Source: Octopus vulgaris
Taxonomy: Eukaryota
Reading direction: 5' to 3'
Assembly (NCBI GenBank): GCA_951406725.2
Contig: OX597840.1
Location: 23,684,001 to 23,748,000, forward strand
Length of the DNA: 64,000 nt
The position numbers and the translations under genes were made by a program. The notes under the pieces are model-generated. The model was given only the letters and a program-made list of their open reading frames with translations. It searched no databases and was not told the origin of the DNA. Shown in pieces: positions 13,006 to 26,990 of this stretch. The number at the start of each line of letters is the position of its first letter. Within the stretch, counting starts at the first letter, position 1.

Positions 13006-14270
13006 CACACACACAGTTTATATCCATTTAAAAGGAAAAAAGAAGACGTGTCCATATATAACATCAAAAGGAGCAGCTTTTTTTTCTCTGATGAAATTAT
13101 ACTCATGTCGCATAAATGTAATATTAATGTACAAATTTGTAATTAATTTATTGAAACGATTGTAAGCAGCGAAGATGACCACTTTGTAAGCAATAAACAA
13201 TTATCAACTTCCTTATCTCCATTTTCTTTTCCTTTTTGAAATAGATATAAACTATATTCTTGATATATATCTATTGTTTTAAGGGTATTTCATTGCCCCA
13301 AAATACTAGGTATTCAACCAGTGTTACCTTGAATGCAACCATCCCTTCACAAGGTTAACATATCCCCTAATTATATACTTATATGTTTATACATTCAATT
13401 TATATATATATGTATATATGAGTATATACGTGTATGTATAGACAGATAGATGAATTGATGGATAGGTGTGAGTGTATACATATTTCGGTCTTACCTATTC
13501 TTTCTAAATACATACACCCACATACATTCATACATACGTGTTTCTAAATTGACGAAAAAGGTTGACCTAAGATTTGAATAGCGATAAGAAATTTAATGAC
13601 AATAAATTGATATATTTTAGAATTTCTTTAGAATTGTTAAAGAAAAGAAATAGTGAGTCAGCATTTAAATGAGTGTTTCATTGTGTAAGAAATAGCTATG
13701 TATATGTACATATATATGGATATAAATATGTGCGTATGAATGTATGTGGGTGTATGTGTACAGTTGTATTTGTATTTAAGTATGTTGTTGTTTATGTTTG
13801 CACACACACACGTGTGTGTGTGTGTGTGTATACCTATGTTTGGATTTATACGTGTATGTATGATTGTTTGTAGTTATGTATATATGTAAACATGAATTCT
13901 TCGTGTATGAATATATGTATTTATGTATATATGGTGATGATGATGATGGCTATCCACTCATGAGTAAAAAAGGTCATCACTGACCATCTACCATGCGAAA
14001 TGTCTGCAAGGACAGTTCTAAGTAGTATTGTGTTCATGGTCAGCTTTATTCAGATTCGCGGCTGTGGCCTTCATGCATGCCGCAGGGCCCTCCTAATTGA
14101 CCAAGCATCGTAAATGACTCTTACCTAGCGATTGCACAACCTAGAATTTTAAATCCAATAAGGCTTGGCTGACCCCTCACTGATCCTTTGCACCCTGTTG
14201 ACATGATCCAGAGACAAGCCAGGAAAAGCTATCAAGTGCCAATGTGAGGGCACTATGATCCCATGCGCAA
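11997..14270 (+). repeat. Direct duplication, copy 1 (~2.2 kb; contains a CR1 fragment and an antisense RTE 3' fragment)
   Basis: Colinear with 16960-19130 from 'gtctataggtatatgtat' to 'tatgatcccatgcgcaa', with scattered substitutions. Confidence 0.95.
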
Positions 14271-14284
14271 GCAAAACACCCCCC

Positions 14285-16958
14285 ATAAATTGGGGATTTC
14301 TACGGGACAATCTGCTGACAGCCACTGACCAAATCTGTGGATGGAGCAAAGTACCATCTCGACCCAGAGTTACGTGGTGGTGGAACACTGTAGTTGACAG
14401 GGCTATTAGACAAAAAAGACAGGCTTGGAAGGACTGGAAGAACGGTGGTAGCAGGGAATTGTATCAGACAGCCAGAAGGGAAGCTAGGAGACAGGTTTAT
14501 TTAGCCAGTGGGGAAGCGGATAAGAAAAAATTTGCCAATGTTCTGAGCCGTGAGGTTGAAAGACTTGAGGTATTTCGTGTTGCAAGACAGTGTGTGAGAG
14601 AGAATCGTGATGTGGTAGGAGAGAAGTGTGTTCGCATGGCTGATGGTTCACTTGCGCTAAATGAGGATGCAAAGAGAGAGGTTTGGAAATGCCACTATGA
14701 AAGGTTGCTGAATAAAGAAAATGAATGGGATAAAGAGAGTCTGCCGAATGTCAACCCAACAGAGGGACCAGCCATCCGAGTTGAAAATTCTTTGGTAGTT
14801 AGAGCAATTAGAAGCATGAAGACAGGGAAAGCCCCAGGCCCATCAGGAATTACTGCAGAGATGCTCAAAATATCTGGCAGTGTCGGCTATAACCTAGTCA
14901 CCCGTATAGTCAACCAGGTGATATACAAAGGAGTCATACCCAATGACTGGTGTAGCAGCATACTAGTCAACTGCTACAAAGGTAAAGATGATGCCCTAGA
15001 TACAAATAATTACAGAGGTATCAAGCTGTTGGATCAGGTAATGAAGGTGACGGAGAGGGTCATAGCCCAACTAATTAGAGAGAGAGTTAGTTGAGATGAG
15101 ATGCAGTTTGGGTTCGTGCCAGGGAAAAGTACCACTGATGCTATATTCCTGGTAAGGCAGCTGCAGGAGAAATACCTAGCCAAAGATAAGCCCCTGTACC
15201 TGGCTTTCGTTGACATGGAGAAAGCCTTTGATAGGGTCCCCTTATCCCTTATCTGGTGGTCAATGAGGAAACTAGGGATAGATAAATGGCTGGTGAGGGC
15301 TGTGCAAGCCATGCACAGAGATGCTGTAAGTAAGGTGAGGGTTGGCAACATGTACACAGAAGAATTCAAAGTAGAGGTTGGGGTCCACCAGGGTTCAGTA
15401 CTCAGCCCCCTCCTATTTATCATAGTCCTCCAGGCAATTACGGAGGAATTCAAGACAGGTTGCCCCCGGGAGCTCCTCTATGCTGACGACCTTGCTCTAA
15501 TTGCTGAGTCACTATCAGAACTGGAGGAGAAGTTCCAGGTGTGGAAGGAGGGTTTAGAATCGAGGGGCCTTAGAGTCAACCTAGCTAAAACCAAAGTACT
15601 AATAAGTAGGAAGGTAGACAATCCACAAATGTCTTCAGGAAGATGGCCCTGCTCGATCTGTAGAAAAGGTGTAGGTAGAAACTCTATAAGATGTACCCAG
15701 TGTAAGCTATGGACACATAAGAGGTGCAGCAATGTCAAAGGTAGGCTAACTGGGAAGATAGTTTTTGTATGTGGCAGATGCTCAGGAGCATTAACCTCCG
15801 AAAATCTGCAGAAAACAACTTCCGTCACTTTCCAGGGGGAAAAACTAGAAGTAGTTGATGGGTTCCGTTATCTAGGTGACCAAGTCAGTAGTGGGGGTGG
15901 GTGCGCTGAAAGTGTAACTGCTAGAATAAGAATAGCCTGGGCAAAGTTTAGGGAGCTCTTACCTCTGCTGGTGACTAAAGGCCTCTCGCTCAGAGTAAAA
16001 GGCAGACTGTATGATGCATGTGTACGAACAGCCATGCTACATGGCAGTGAAACATGGGCCGTGACTGCTGAGGACATGCGTAAGCTCGCGAGGAATGAAG
16101 CCAGTATGCTCCGATGGATGTGTAATGTCAGTGTACATACTCGACAGAGCGTTAGTACCTTGAGAGAAATGTTGTACCTAAGAAGCATCAGTTGTGGTGT
16201 GCAAGAAAGACGATTGCGCTGGTATGGTCATGTGGCGAGAATGGATGAAGATAGGTGTGTGAGAAAGTGCCAATCCCTAACAGTTGAGGGAACCCGTGGA
16301 AGAGGTAGACCCAGGAAAACCTGGGACGAGGTGGTGAAGCACGACCTTCGAAATTTAGGCCTCACTGAGGAAATGACCAGCGACCGAGACCTTTGGAAAT
16401 ATGCTGTACGTGAGAAGACCAGGCAGGACAAGTGAGCCCAGCCCACTTATGCATGCCTTTCCTCCCTTGGACACAAAGACCTATTGAGGCAAGCGAAGTC
16501 GATATAGAACCTCATCCGACGACAGGCACCCATGGCAACCCCCTTTGCTTGCAAAGACATGTTGGGGCAAGTGAAATCGAAATCGAATTGAACCAATCCT
16601 ATGACTGGCACCCGGCAGATGCCAGGACCCCTGGACTGGTGGTACGTAAAAAGCACTATCCGACTCGTGGCTGATGCCAGCGCCGCCTCGACTGGCTTCC
16701 GTGCCGGTGGCACGTAAATTGCACCAATCTGACCGTGGCCGTTGCCAGCCTCACCTGGCACCTGTGCAGGTGGCACGTAAAAAGCACCCACTACACTCAT
16801 GGAGTGGTTGGCGTTAGGAAGGGCATCCAGCTGTAGAAACATTGCCAGATAAGATTGGAGCCTGGTGCAGCCTTCTGGCTTCCCAGATCCCCGGTCGAAC
16901 CGTCCAACCCATGCTAGCATGGAGAACGGACGTTAAACAATGATGATGATGATGATGA
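14285..16958 (+). mobile_element. 5'-truncated RTE-type LINE; RT ORF with one in-frame stop
   Basis: ORFs 14255-15094 and 15101-16435 are in the same frame. Motifs KAPGPSG, NYRGIKLL, QFGF, FVDMEKAFD, GVHQGSVLSP, LLYADD, RRLRWYGHV. The 3' UTR ends in (TGA)n. No endonuclease domain. Confidence 0.95.
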
Positions 16959-16959
16959 A

Positions 16960-19130
16960 GTCTATGGGTATATGTATATGCAGCAGGAGTTGGACTCCAT
17001 TTACGGATTGGCTGAGGATAATAATATGCAGTTTAATGCTGAAAAATTCCAAGCCCTGCGCCACCAGCATCAAAACCTAACTTACAGGGTACACCGGTCC
17101 ACAGGAAATTTCAACCCCAGAGCCTAAGTCAGTGAGGGACCTGGGTATAGACATGAGTGATGATACCTCTTTCCAAGTGCACATTACCAGGATGGCGACA
17201 AAGTGCAGACGACTGGCTGGATGGATCCTAAGAACATTCCAAACCAGAGATAAGGAAACCATGATGGTCCACTAGCGGACATTTGTCCTCAGCCACCTGG
17301 ATTACTGCTCACAGCTATGGTCACCCACCAGTGTGATATTAACAGCGAACCTTGAAGCAATCCAGAGAAGATTCACAAAGAAGTTTGTCTCTTTGTAACA
17401 CCTCAGCTACTGGGAAAGTTTGAAACAATTAAGACTCTACTCCCCGGAGAGAAGACGGGAGAGGTATGCAGTAATATATATCTGGAAGATCCTGGCCAGA
17501 AGGCTGCACCAGGCTCCTATCTGATCAGGTAGGGTTTCTACCGCTGGATGCCCTCCAAACACCTACCACTCTGAGAGTGTAATGGGTGCTTTTACATGCC
17601 ACCAGCACGGAGGCCAGTCACGTGGTACTGCCAATAGCCACACTCAAATGGTGTTTTTTACGTGCCATCTGAACAGGAGCCAGTACAGCGACACTGGCAA
17701 CGTTCATGCTCGGATGGTGCTTTTAGTATTCCACTGGTGTGGTTGCCAGTCAGGCGGTGCTATCATCGGTCATCTCAACGAATTTGATTTCACTTGCCTC
17801 AACAGTTCCTCGCAAGCGAAGTTTAGTGTGTATATATATATATATACACATACACACACACAGTTTATATACATTTAAAAGAAAAAAAGAAGATGGGTCC
17901 ATATATAATATCTGAAGGAGCACCTTTTTTTCTCTAATGAAATTATACTCATGTCGCATAAATGTAATATTAATGTACAAATTTGTAATTAATTTATTGA
18001 AACAATTGTAAGCAGCGAAGACGACCACTTTGTAAGCAATAAACAATTATCAACTTCCTTATCTCCATTTTCTTTTCTTTTTTGAAATAGATATAAATTA
18101 TATTCTTAATATATACCTATTGTTTTAAAGGTATTTCATTGCCCCAAAATACTAGGTATTCAACTGGTGTTTCCTTGACTACAACCATCCCTTCACAAGG
18201 TTAACATATCCCCTAATTATATACTTATATGTTTATACATTCAATTTATATATATATGTATATATGAGTATATGCATGTATGTATAGACAGATAGATGAA
18301 TTGATGGATAGGTGTGAGTGTATACATATTTCGGTCTTACCTATTCTTTCTAAATACATACACCCACATACATTCATACATGCGTGTTTCTAAATTGACG
18401 AAAAAGGTTGACCTAAGATTTGAATAGGGATAAGAAATTTAATGACAATAAATTGATATATTTTAGAATTTCTTTAGAATTGTTAAAGAAAAGAAATAGT
18501 GAGTCAGCATTTAAATGAGTGTTTCATTGTGTAAGAAATAGCTATGTATATGTACATATATATGGATATAAATATGTGCGTATGAATGTATGTGGGTGTA
18601 TGTGTACAGTTGTATTTGTATTTAAGTATGTTGTTGTTTATGTTTGCACACACACATGTGTGTGTGTGTGTATACCTATGTTTGGATTTATACGTGTATG
18701 TATGATTGTCTGTAGTTATGTATATATGTAAACATGAATTCTTCGTGTATGAATATATGTATTTATGTATATATGGTGATGATGATGATGGCTATCCACT
18801 CATGAGTAAAAAAGGCCATCACTGACCATCTACCATGTGAAATGTCTGCAAGGACAGTTCTAAGTAGCATTGTGTTCACGGTCAGCTTTATTCAGATTTG
18901 CAGCTGTGGCCTTCATGCATGCCGCAGGGCCCTCCTAATTGACCAAGCATCGTAAATGACTCTTATCTAGCGATTGTACAACCTAGAATTTTAAATCCAA
19001 TAAGGCTTGGCTGACCCCTCACTGATCCTTTGCACCCTGTTGACATGATCCAGAGACAAGCCAGGATAAGCTATCAAGTGCCAATGTGGGTCACAGTCTG
19101 AATGTGGGGGTATTATGATCCCGTGCACAA
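16960..19130 (+). repeat. Direct duplication, copy 2
   Basis: Colinear with 11997-14270. Confidence 0.95.
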
Positions 19131-19611
19131 TCTGTTGTGTCTGGGGAGAGTCATTCTCTTTTAGTACCTTATCATTTAACACAGTCACCAGTAAAATTTC
19201 CACTTATTTCGTCTTTTTATTTTCCTAAAATTTTCATTGCGTCTTGCAACCTTTTCAATAGTTTTGACTCTGTCTCTTTGTGTGTGCATATCTTTGTGTG
19301 TGTGTCTTATGTAACTATGTACCATGTTTGTATGTATGGATGTGCATCTTTATATGTGTGGATCCATGTCTCCATATGTGTCTGTTCTTGTAACCTATGT
19401 ACCCATCCGTCTGAAATGGTTTTTAAAGAAATATTTCCAGAGTTTTCAAATGCAAAGAACACTTTCCCTTTTTCTCTCTTTTTTGAACTGTTGTGGGTTG
19501 TAGAGGCGTGTTTGAAGTTACACAGTATAAACATGGACATCTTCCAAACACATACGCACACTCACACATACACACACGCACTCACACATTTTAAAACATT
19601 TTTTTCTTGAC

Positions 19612-20045
19612 TCTGTCATTTCGCTGCGGCTATGCTGGGGCAGCGCCTTGAAGAATTTTCGTCGATAGAATTGACACCATTGATAATTCATATTTCTTGT
19701 TCATCCTGGGACTTATGCTAACCATCTATTTCGATGAACCTCTCAGTTACAGGTACATAAATATACCAAAACAGGCTGTCAAACGGTTTGGGGGACAAAC
19801 ACAGACACACAAATAAATGTTGCTTCCATCCACGAAATCGTGGCCTGAACAGGTAAATAACTTCACGAATGTTTCTCCCCCGGCACAAAACCAAACTGCA
19901 TCTCATCAAGGCTGACTCTCTTCCACTCACAAGATTTTGCTCAGCTCAAGGCTATATCAGAAGACATTTGTCCAAGGTGCCATGCAGTGGGACTGAAACC
20001 AAGACCACAGAGTTGCAAAGCTAGATTCTTAACCACGTTGCTATG
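19612..20045 (-). mobile_element. Diverged SINE family A copy
   Basis: Reverse complement of the SINE A head (gaagacatttgtccaaggtgccatgcagtgggactgaaacc) and of its tail (gcggctatgctggggcagcgcc). Confidence 0.65.
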
Positions 20046-21122
20046 ACTACCATTGCTGAAAATGAATTTCCAGAGACAAATTTCTAGAACAATTTTATAA
20101 AATTCTTCCCTTTACAGGTTAAAGAGATTTATTCTTACCATATTCATAACGAGAGATAGACGAAAGGAATTTTTCATGGGGACTTTATCATTAAATTCTA
20201 AAACTGGAGAAATAAGCTGAACGGGATTCCAAGATATTCATCATTACACTATGAAATGTGGATCATAAAATAACAAAGACATTAAGAAAATGACATTTAA
20301 GCAGAGAGAAATTCCAAGAGTATAATGAGTTGCAGAAAGGATGGTTTTTACAGCGAAATTTTGTCTTCTAAAAACTAAAGTTATAAGACATTAAATTTTG
20401 CAGAAGAAATTAAGGAATAAACATTTTGTTTAAAAAAAAATTAAAATATAAATGAAGGGAGAGAACTGAGAAACTCGTAATGATAATAGGTACAAAGGGA
20501 AACAACTGCGAAAAGAAAATGTGGAAAAAGTCGAAGCCTTTTGACTCCTTTCACTCGCAAAAGGCAACAGTTGACTCTTCTCAGTTGAGGGGATTTGTGT
20601 GTGTGTGTGAGTGTGTGTAAGTGTATGGGTGTGTTTGTATGTATATATATATAAATACATTTTCCTGCATTTAAATATATTTTCCCAAGATGAAAGCTGC
20701 AATGTCTAAAATATGTATAGGAATAATCCTTCATTTCTAAGGATTTCTGTACCCTTGAAACGGCCGTTGAAGTATCCCCACCTAAGTATTTAAACTGGAG
20801 TACCTCCATCGAATTATTGGAAACTCCAACCTCCATGCTTAAAACATCCATTTATTCACTTTCTCGCAAGCATTTTCACTTTTATTTTTTCATATTTCTT
20901 AACAACACCTTTAATCTTTAAGTAGGACAATGTTTTCAATGTATACCTTAATATATATTTCTATAGTTCAATATAGTTTTTCTCCCCCATACATGTATAT
21001 TATATTTTTATATATTCATGTATCTGTAAATTTTTTATATTTTTTAAGATCTTAATGAGTGATACATTGAATATATTTTTAAAATTTGCATATGTCAGTT
21101 TTTGTAGTTGATTATATGTGTA

Positions 21123-21161
<39 letters not shown>

Positions 21162-21360
21162 CAGCGTCTCAGGTTGTCACAGCACTGCCTATATAATAAA
21201 ACAAATCTATTATTATATATATTATTTGTGTGTGTGTGTTTGTCCATCCACCCCACTTGACCACCAGTGTTGCTGTGTTTACATCGTCATAACATAGCTG
21301 TTCCTCTCATAGAAACCGATAGAATATCTGCCAGTTTTAAAAACAATAAAGAAATTAAGT

Positions 21361-21485
21361 TCTGGGTACGGGTATAAAATGGACAATGAGAAAATAAGCC
21401 ATCTATTGTGTATGGATGACTTAAAACTCTTAGGCAAAGACAAGAATGAGCTTGATGGCCTATTACATACCATGAAAGCATTCAG

Positions 21486-21490
<5 letters not shown>
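21361..21490 (+). mobile_element. Short RT fragment of an R4/Dong-like or related non-LTR element
   Basis: 'GYGYKMDNEKISHLLCMDDLKLLGKDKNELDGLLHTMKAFSD' matches the ISHLLYMDDLKL-type RT motif. Confidence 0.6.
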
Positions 21491-21532
<42 letters not shown>

Positions 21533-22100
21533 CAGGGGAAGAGAGGGGGGACGGGGAGAGAGAGTGGGTGAAGGAGAGAGACGGAGAGGGGGGGACAGGG
21601 GGAGGGAGATGAGAGGGAGAGAGGGAGGGAAGGAGAGAGAACGAGAGTTTATGTATGTGTGTATGTATGTATGTGTGTATGTATGTATGTGTATATGTAT
21701 GTTTGTATGTGTGTGTGTATGTGTGTATGTATGTGTGTATGTGTATATATGTATGTATGTGTGTGTATGTGTGTGTATGTATGTATGTGTGTGTATGTAT
21801 GTGTGTGTGTATGTATGTGTGTATGTATGTATGTGTGTAGGTATGTATGTATGTATGTGCATATGTATGCATGTATGTGTGTATGTATGTGTGTATGTAT
21901 GGGTGTATGTATGTGTGTGTATGCGTGTATGTATGTGTGTGTGTATGTATGTATATAAGTATGTATGTGTGTATGTATGTACGTATGTATGTATGTGTGT
22001 ATGTATGTTTGTATGTGTGTATGCATGTGTGTATGCATGTGTGTGTGTGTGTGTATGTGTATGTATGTATATATGTATGTATTTATGTGTGTATGTATGG
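21490..22100. repeat. (GA)n followed by a (TG/TATG)n compound microsatellite
   Basis: Directly visible. Confidence 0.95.
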
Positions 22101-22526
22101 CTTCAGTGACACACACACCATGGGCATGCCAACTTCAAAAGAACTTCCCCAATCCAACCGCGCCCTCTCTGTCTCTTTTGCTTCTATACCTATTATCGGA
22201 TTTTTTTAGGGCCCCTTTATGGTAAAGATGTGGATGGGGAAAATGTGGGTAGAGGTTGATCTGCTAGCAACCATCTCCCTTCATTGTTTTACAAAGTAAA
22301 CAACACCACAAATAACTACGCAGGGGCAGCCATGGTTGGAACAAGAGCACCAAGCATTGTTAAAGGAGAAAAGAAGCATGGTCATTCCTTACCCAATTGA
22401 TATTATCTTATCGTCCATCACTTGTTCTGCGCTCATAAATGAGTTTCGCGTCCATCGTAGACGTTGCTTCCTAATCAACGGTTCGTCTTCCTCCAACCTT
22501 ACCATGTCAGTCGATTCCTTTATTAA

Positions 22527-22687
22527 ATAATAATAATAATGAAATTATTGTATACAGTGCTCAGGTGCCCCACAACTTGTCAAAAACTGCGTATAAAGCA
22601 TCTGCCTGGGAAGTGAACAGTGTATGAGTCAGATAGATGCTTGCTTGTGTGTATGGAGGGGAGAAAGCTCAGGTGTGGTGTTGGCGA
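22527..22687 (-). mobile_element. Short 3'-end copy of the adjacent CR1 family, in tandem
   Basis: (AAT)n + 'attgtatacagtgctcaggtgc' matches the 3' end of the long copy at 22688-22740. Confidence 0.8.
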
Positions 22688-25600
22688 ATAATAATAATAA
22701 TAAAATCATTGTGTACAGTGCTCAGGTGCACTACAACTCATCTAAAGTGTATGTATAGTACATAGGGTAATGTACAAGCGTCAGGTAAAGAACAGTGCAT
22801 GAATCATGACATACACATATGTGTATGAGTATGGAAGGGGGACAATCAGGTGTAGTTTCGGCGGATTTCGGAAAGCATGAGGTCCTTAAAGGATGCAGTG
22901 TCATGGCTATCAACAACTGACGCAGGCAGTTTGTTCCATGCTTCAGCAACTCTGAGCGTGAAAAAATGTTTCCGAAAGTCATGGGAGCTATGCTGTTTTC
23001 TGACTTTGTAAACATGTCCACGTGTGTTGGACACATGGAGATCAAAAAGGTGTTCAGTGTTGTTGTTGGTGAGGTGGTTGATAACTTTGTGGGTGTCTAC
23101 CAAGTCCGTCGCCAGGCACCGGAGCTTCAGTGAATCCATGCCCAGGGAAACAAGGCGCTCAGAGTATGGTAGGTGTCTGATGGAGGGTATGCATTTGGTT
23201 GCACGTCTCTGAACAGATTCCAGGAGGTCAATGTTCTGAGCAAGAGAGGGGTTCCAAACTGATGATGCGAATTCCAAGTGTGGTCGTACCATAGCTGTAT
23301 ACAGCTTTAAATAGATGGCTGGAGAGCGGCTAACAAAAGTCTTGCTGAGTGATGCCAAGACACCCTCGGCCTTCTTGACAATTTTAGAGATATGCTTTGT
23401 CCAACGCAAATCACTGCTGACAGTGATGCCTAGGTCACGCTTGCAAGAGGATTTCTTGATATTAGTGTTGTGGAGGGAGTATGTGGACACAGAGTTTTTT
23501 CTCCCAAAATGCATGGTGGTATACTTGTCCACAGCCAGTTTCAGTGGCCAGTCTGTGATCCATTGCTGCATTGTGTCCAGGTTTGATTGCAGGAAAGAGT
23601 TGTAGACATCAGGATCTATCCTCTTGATTTCAAGGTACAGCTTGATGTCGTCTGCATATTTCAATACTGTGGCATTCTTTAAATTGGCATCTATGTCATT
23701 AATGTATGCCACAAACAAGAGGGGACCAAGAACAGATTCCTGTGGTACACCCGATGACATCTCATATGGTGTAGAATGCTGTTCTAGAACTGTGACTACC
23801 TCCTTTCGGCTGAGAATGAAAGATTTCAACCAGTTAAAAAGATCATCCCTCACACCCATTGCAGAGAGTTTCACCATAAGCCTTTTGTGTGGCACAGAAT
23901 TAAAAGCCTTAGCAAAGTCAAGGTAGACAACATCCACCCATGAGCCACTGTCAGTGATCTGAGTAATGTCCTCAAGGAACTCGACAAGCTGATCACTGCA
24001 GCTGGAGTTAGGGACAAATCCATATTGTGAGGATCGGATGAGACTGTGAGAGCTCCAGAATTTCCAAAGTGTTTCTCTGACACACGATTCCATCAGTTTT
24101 GCAATACAGCTAGTGAGACTGACTGGGCGATAGTTGACAGGTGATGTGCAGTCGCCCTTTTTGAACAGAGGAATGACACTGGCGGTTTTCCACTGCTCCG
24201 GAGTAGCACCATTGTTGAGACAGTACTGGAAAAAAATAGAAAGCTGGTGTAAAAGGAAGTACCTGCCACGTTTGAGAAGCAGGTATGTAACGCCATCAAG
24301 ACCAGGGGAGGCATAGTTGCGCTTATTTTGAAGGTGACGTCGCAGCATTGCAGGTGTAAATTCCATAGTTGTTATGGAATTTGCTGTTAGAGATGGTGAA
24401 GATGGTACATTTTGATTTTCAACAGTGAATATGCTTGCATAGCACTCGGCAATGAGTTCTGCACATTCCTTGGGATCGTCAGTGATCTGGCTTGTGTGAG
24501 GGTTGCGAAGAGGGCCTACGGGAGAGTGAGGTCTCTGCTTCAAATGCACATATTTCCAGAAAACCTTGGTGTCAGGATTGGCTGCTATGCACTGTTCAAA
24601 TTCAAGCACTGATTTTTTTGTCACTTGCTTGAGATGGTTGGAAGATTTATTCCGCTTTTTCCTGTTGGTGTCTGATTTATGCAACTTGTATTCCCGTTCA
24701 GCAGTCCGACGTTCCTTCCTGGTAAGTCGGACCGCTGAAGTTTCCCAAATTGCACTTTTGGGGCGGTTCTTATTTTTCTGTTTATGTGGCACTGATGCTG
24801 CACATATTGAGTCCAGGATACTCTGGAGTATAGTATTCACATCTCCAGAGTTGTAGAATTCACGCCAGTTTGGGTGCTGTAATTCAGTGAGGTACAGGTT
24901 CCAATCTACTCTCTTCCTATCGAAGGAAGCAGATTGGAGATGGTTCAGGTTTTTGTTGTTGCCCGCAAAAGCCAGATTGGCGATGATCATAGTATGATCA
25001 GAATCGCCTAGAGGTTCCTCCGTAGTACAATTGATAACCACTTCAGGAGTTGTGGTGAAGAACAGGTCCAAGGTGTTGTCGCCTCTTGTTGGAAAGTGAC
25101 TACTTGTGACCAGTTTGAGTCCAGTACAAGCTCAGCGAAATTGTTTGCATTCTGTAGCCAATGGAAGGTTTCCCAATTGATCTCAGGATGATTGAAATCG
25201 CCTGCAATAAAAACATAAGTGGCTGTTTTCCTGGCAGCAGCTCGGAGGATATCGCAAAGCTGTGTGTCTTGATGGTAATTTGGGGGACGATAAACAACGC
25301 CAAGCAGGAGTGTTGACATGGTCATACGTATGTCACAGAAAAAACTTCTTGTGATTCGTTCAAATCAGCACAAGGAATTACCGAAAAATTTGAATGAACG
25401 TAGACCATCACACCACCACCATCACGGCGGTTAATGCGGTCCTTGCGGAAAAGGTTGTACCCAGTAATGTTGAAAACCCCATCACAGAGTAAGGAATGTG
25501 CCCATGTTTCTGTGACTGTGATGAAGTCAGGGTCAATACTTCTGACGTAGGAGTTGAACAGATGTATTTTGTTGCATAAACTGCGAGCATTTAAGGACAA

Positions 25601-26982
25601 CAATTTGTACCCTGCTTGCAGTTTATGATGGTGTGTAGAGGATGGTAGGTTGTTCTGGTTTAGTTTCCCAGAGTTGCTGTAGTTTTTTTTCCATTTTCAG
25701 TTATTGTGGGTAGAGAGCACTCAGATCAGCTGGTATCTCTCTTCCACGTTTCACCAGTCTTAACAAATCTCCAGATTTGTCCATCCTCACGAAGACTGAA
25801 ACTTTCTTGCAGAGCTGAGTTCCGGTTCAGGGAAGCCGCTGCACGTAGCTTCGGACGTACATCGGATGGTAAGCCTGGGCGTGTTCGGAAGGTAGTCCGA
25901 TTTTCACGCCCAGCTTTAACTGAGGCCAGATGGTATGAGGTTGCCTCAGCGTGGTCTGAAAAAGACAGCTTGATGAGCCTGGGTTTTGGGCCAGGTCATC
26001 CAAGGCGGAGAGCACCCATTGAGGGAACGCAGCCTAGGTTTTTGGCTGAGTTGGCAGCAAATGCCTGAAGATCAGCCATGTCTTCTGGCACCCCAATGGC
26101 AATAACTTCGTGGGTAGCAGAAACCGCGGTCTTCTCAGTGTTTTTAGATGCGGCAAGAGGTACAGGGAGGTTCTTTAGCAGAGCATTCCGATAAGACTCC
26201 TCATTGTGGAGTCCAACCTGAATGCTTGCTTTTATTCCTGCTACTTCCCCTCTTAAAGCACAGATCGATTGTTGCAGTTCTGCAAGAACCGCACTGGTCA
26301 ATTGGTGTTGTTGGTGTTGTAGTTGCTGCTGCTGCTCTAGTTGTGGTTGATTTTGTTGTTGCTGCTATGTTGTTGCTGTTGCTGCTGTTGTTGTCCAGCC
26401 TCCTCCACGGGAGTGGGAGGGGGAGACACAATCGTCGGTTGTGGAGGCACGCAGGCCTGACACTGAAAAGTCCAAGATTTAAGCTGAACCATCTTCCAGA
26501 GTCCATCTATCATAGCATTATGATGGCTCTTTTTATGGCCTGGGATCTTCTGAAAGTCCGTGGCACATTGGAGGCAGACAGAGATAAGACATGTCCCACA
26601 TTCGACCCAGCGATTATGGAACGTATTTTCGGGTTCCGTACAGATGTGGCAGGTGTGACTTTCTGGGCAGTGTTCTATTTTGGAGCAGCGACCAGTCTTA
26701 TCGCAATCCACTGTGAATTCCACCATGGCGATTTTGTTGCTTCTGCTCATCCGTAGAGACAGAAAATGTAAACAACAATACGATAAAAGTAAAATATTTG
26801 TTTTTGATTCGTTCTTTTTTTGTGTATATTCCTTTTTTTCCTTAAATATTGTGTGTGTATATACAAAAGGATTTGTGGATATGTTTAGTTATGACCCATG
26901 TAGACACGGAGACAGTTTGTAAACAGAAATGAAATTAAATGAAATCAGTGATTTTTTATTTTTTGCAGTGTAGTCAGTCCGT
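22688..26982 (-). mobile_element. Near full-length CR1-type LINE (ORF1 PHD-like; ORF2 APE endonuclease + RT), mildly disrupted
   Basis: ORF1 from ATG 26750 with CxxC...CxxC...CxxC...CxxC finger, frameshifted. EN motifs LNARS, VTETW, GVVYRPP, GDFN. RT in 22846-25071 (YRPVSL, QYGF, YLDFAKAF, GVPQ, KYADD). (ATT)n tail. The 5' end is approximate. Confidence 0.93.
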
Positions 26983-26990
26983 CAACATTA

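Noticed and set aside
20729-20772. Possible additional hammerhead (cttca...ctaagga...gaaacggccgttgaag)
   Set aside because: It has GAAA and a palindromic stem III, but the core lacks G5 and no stem II forms; at most a dead remnant.
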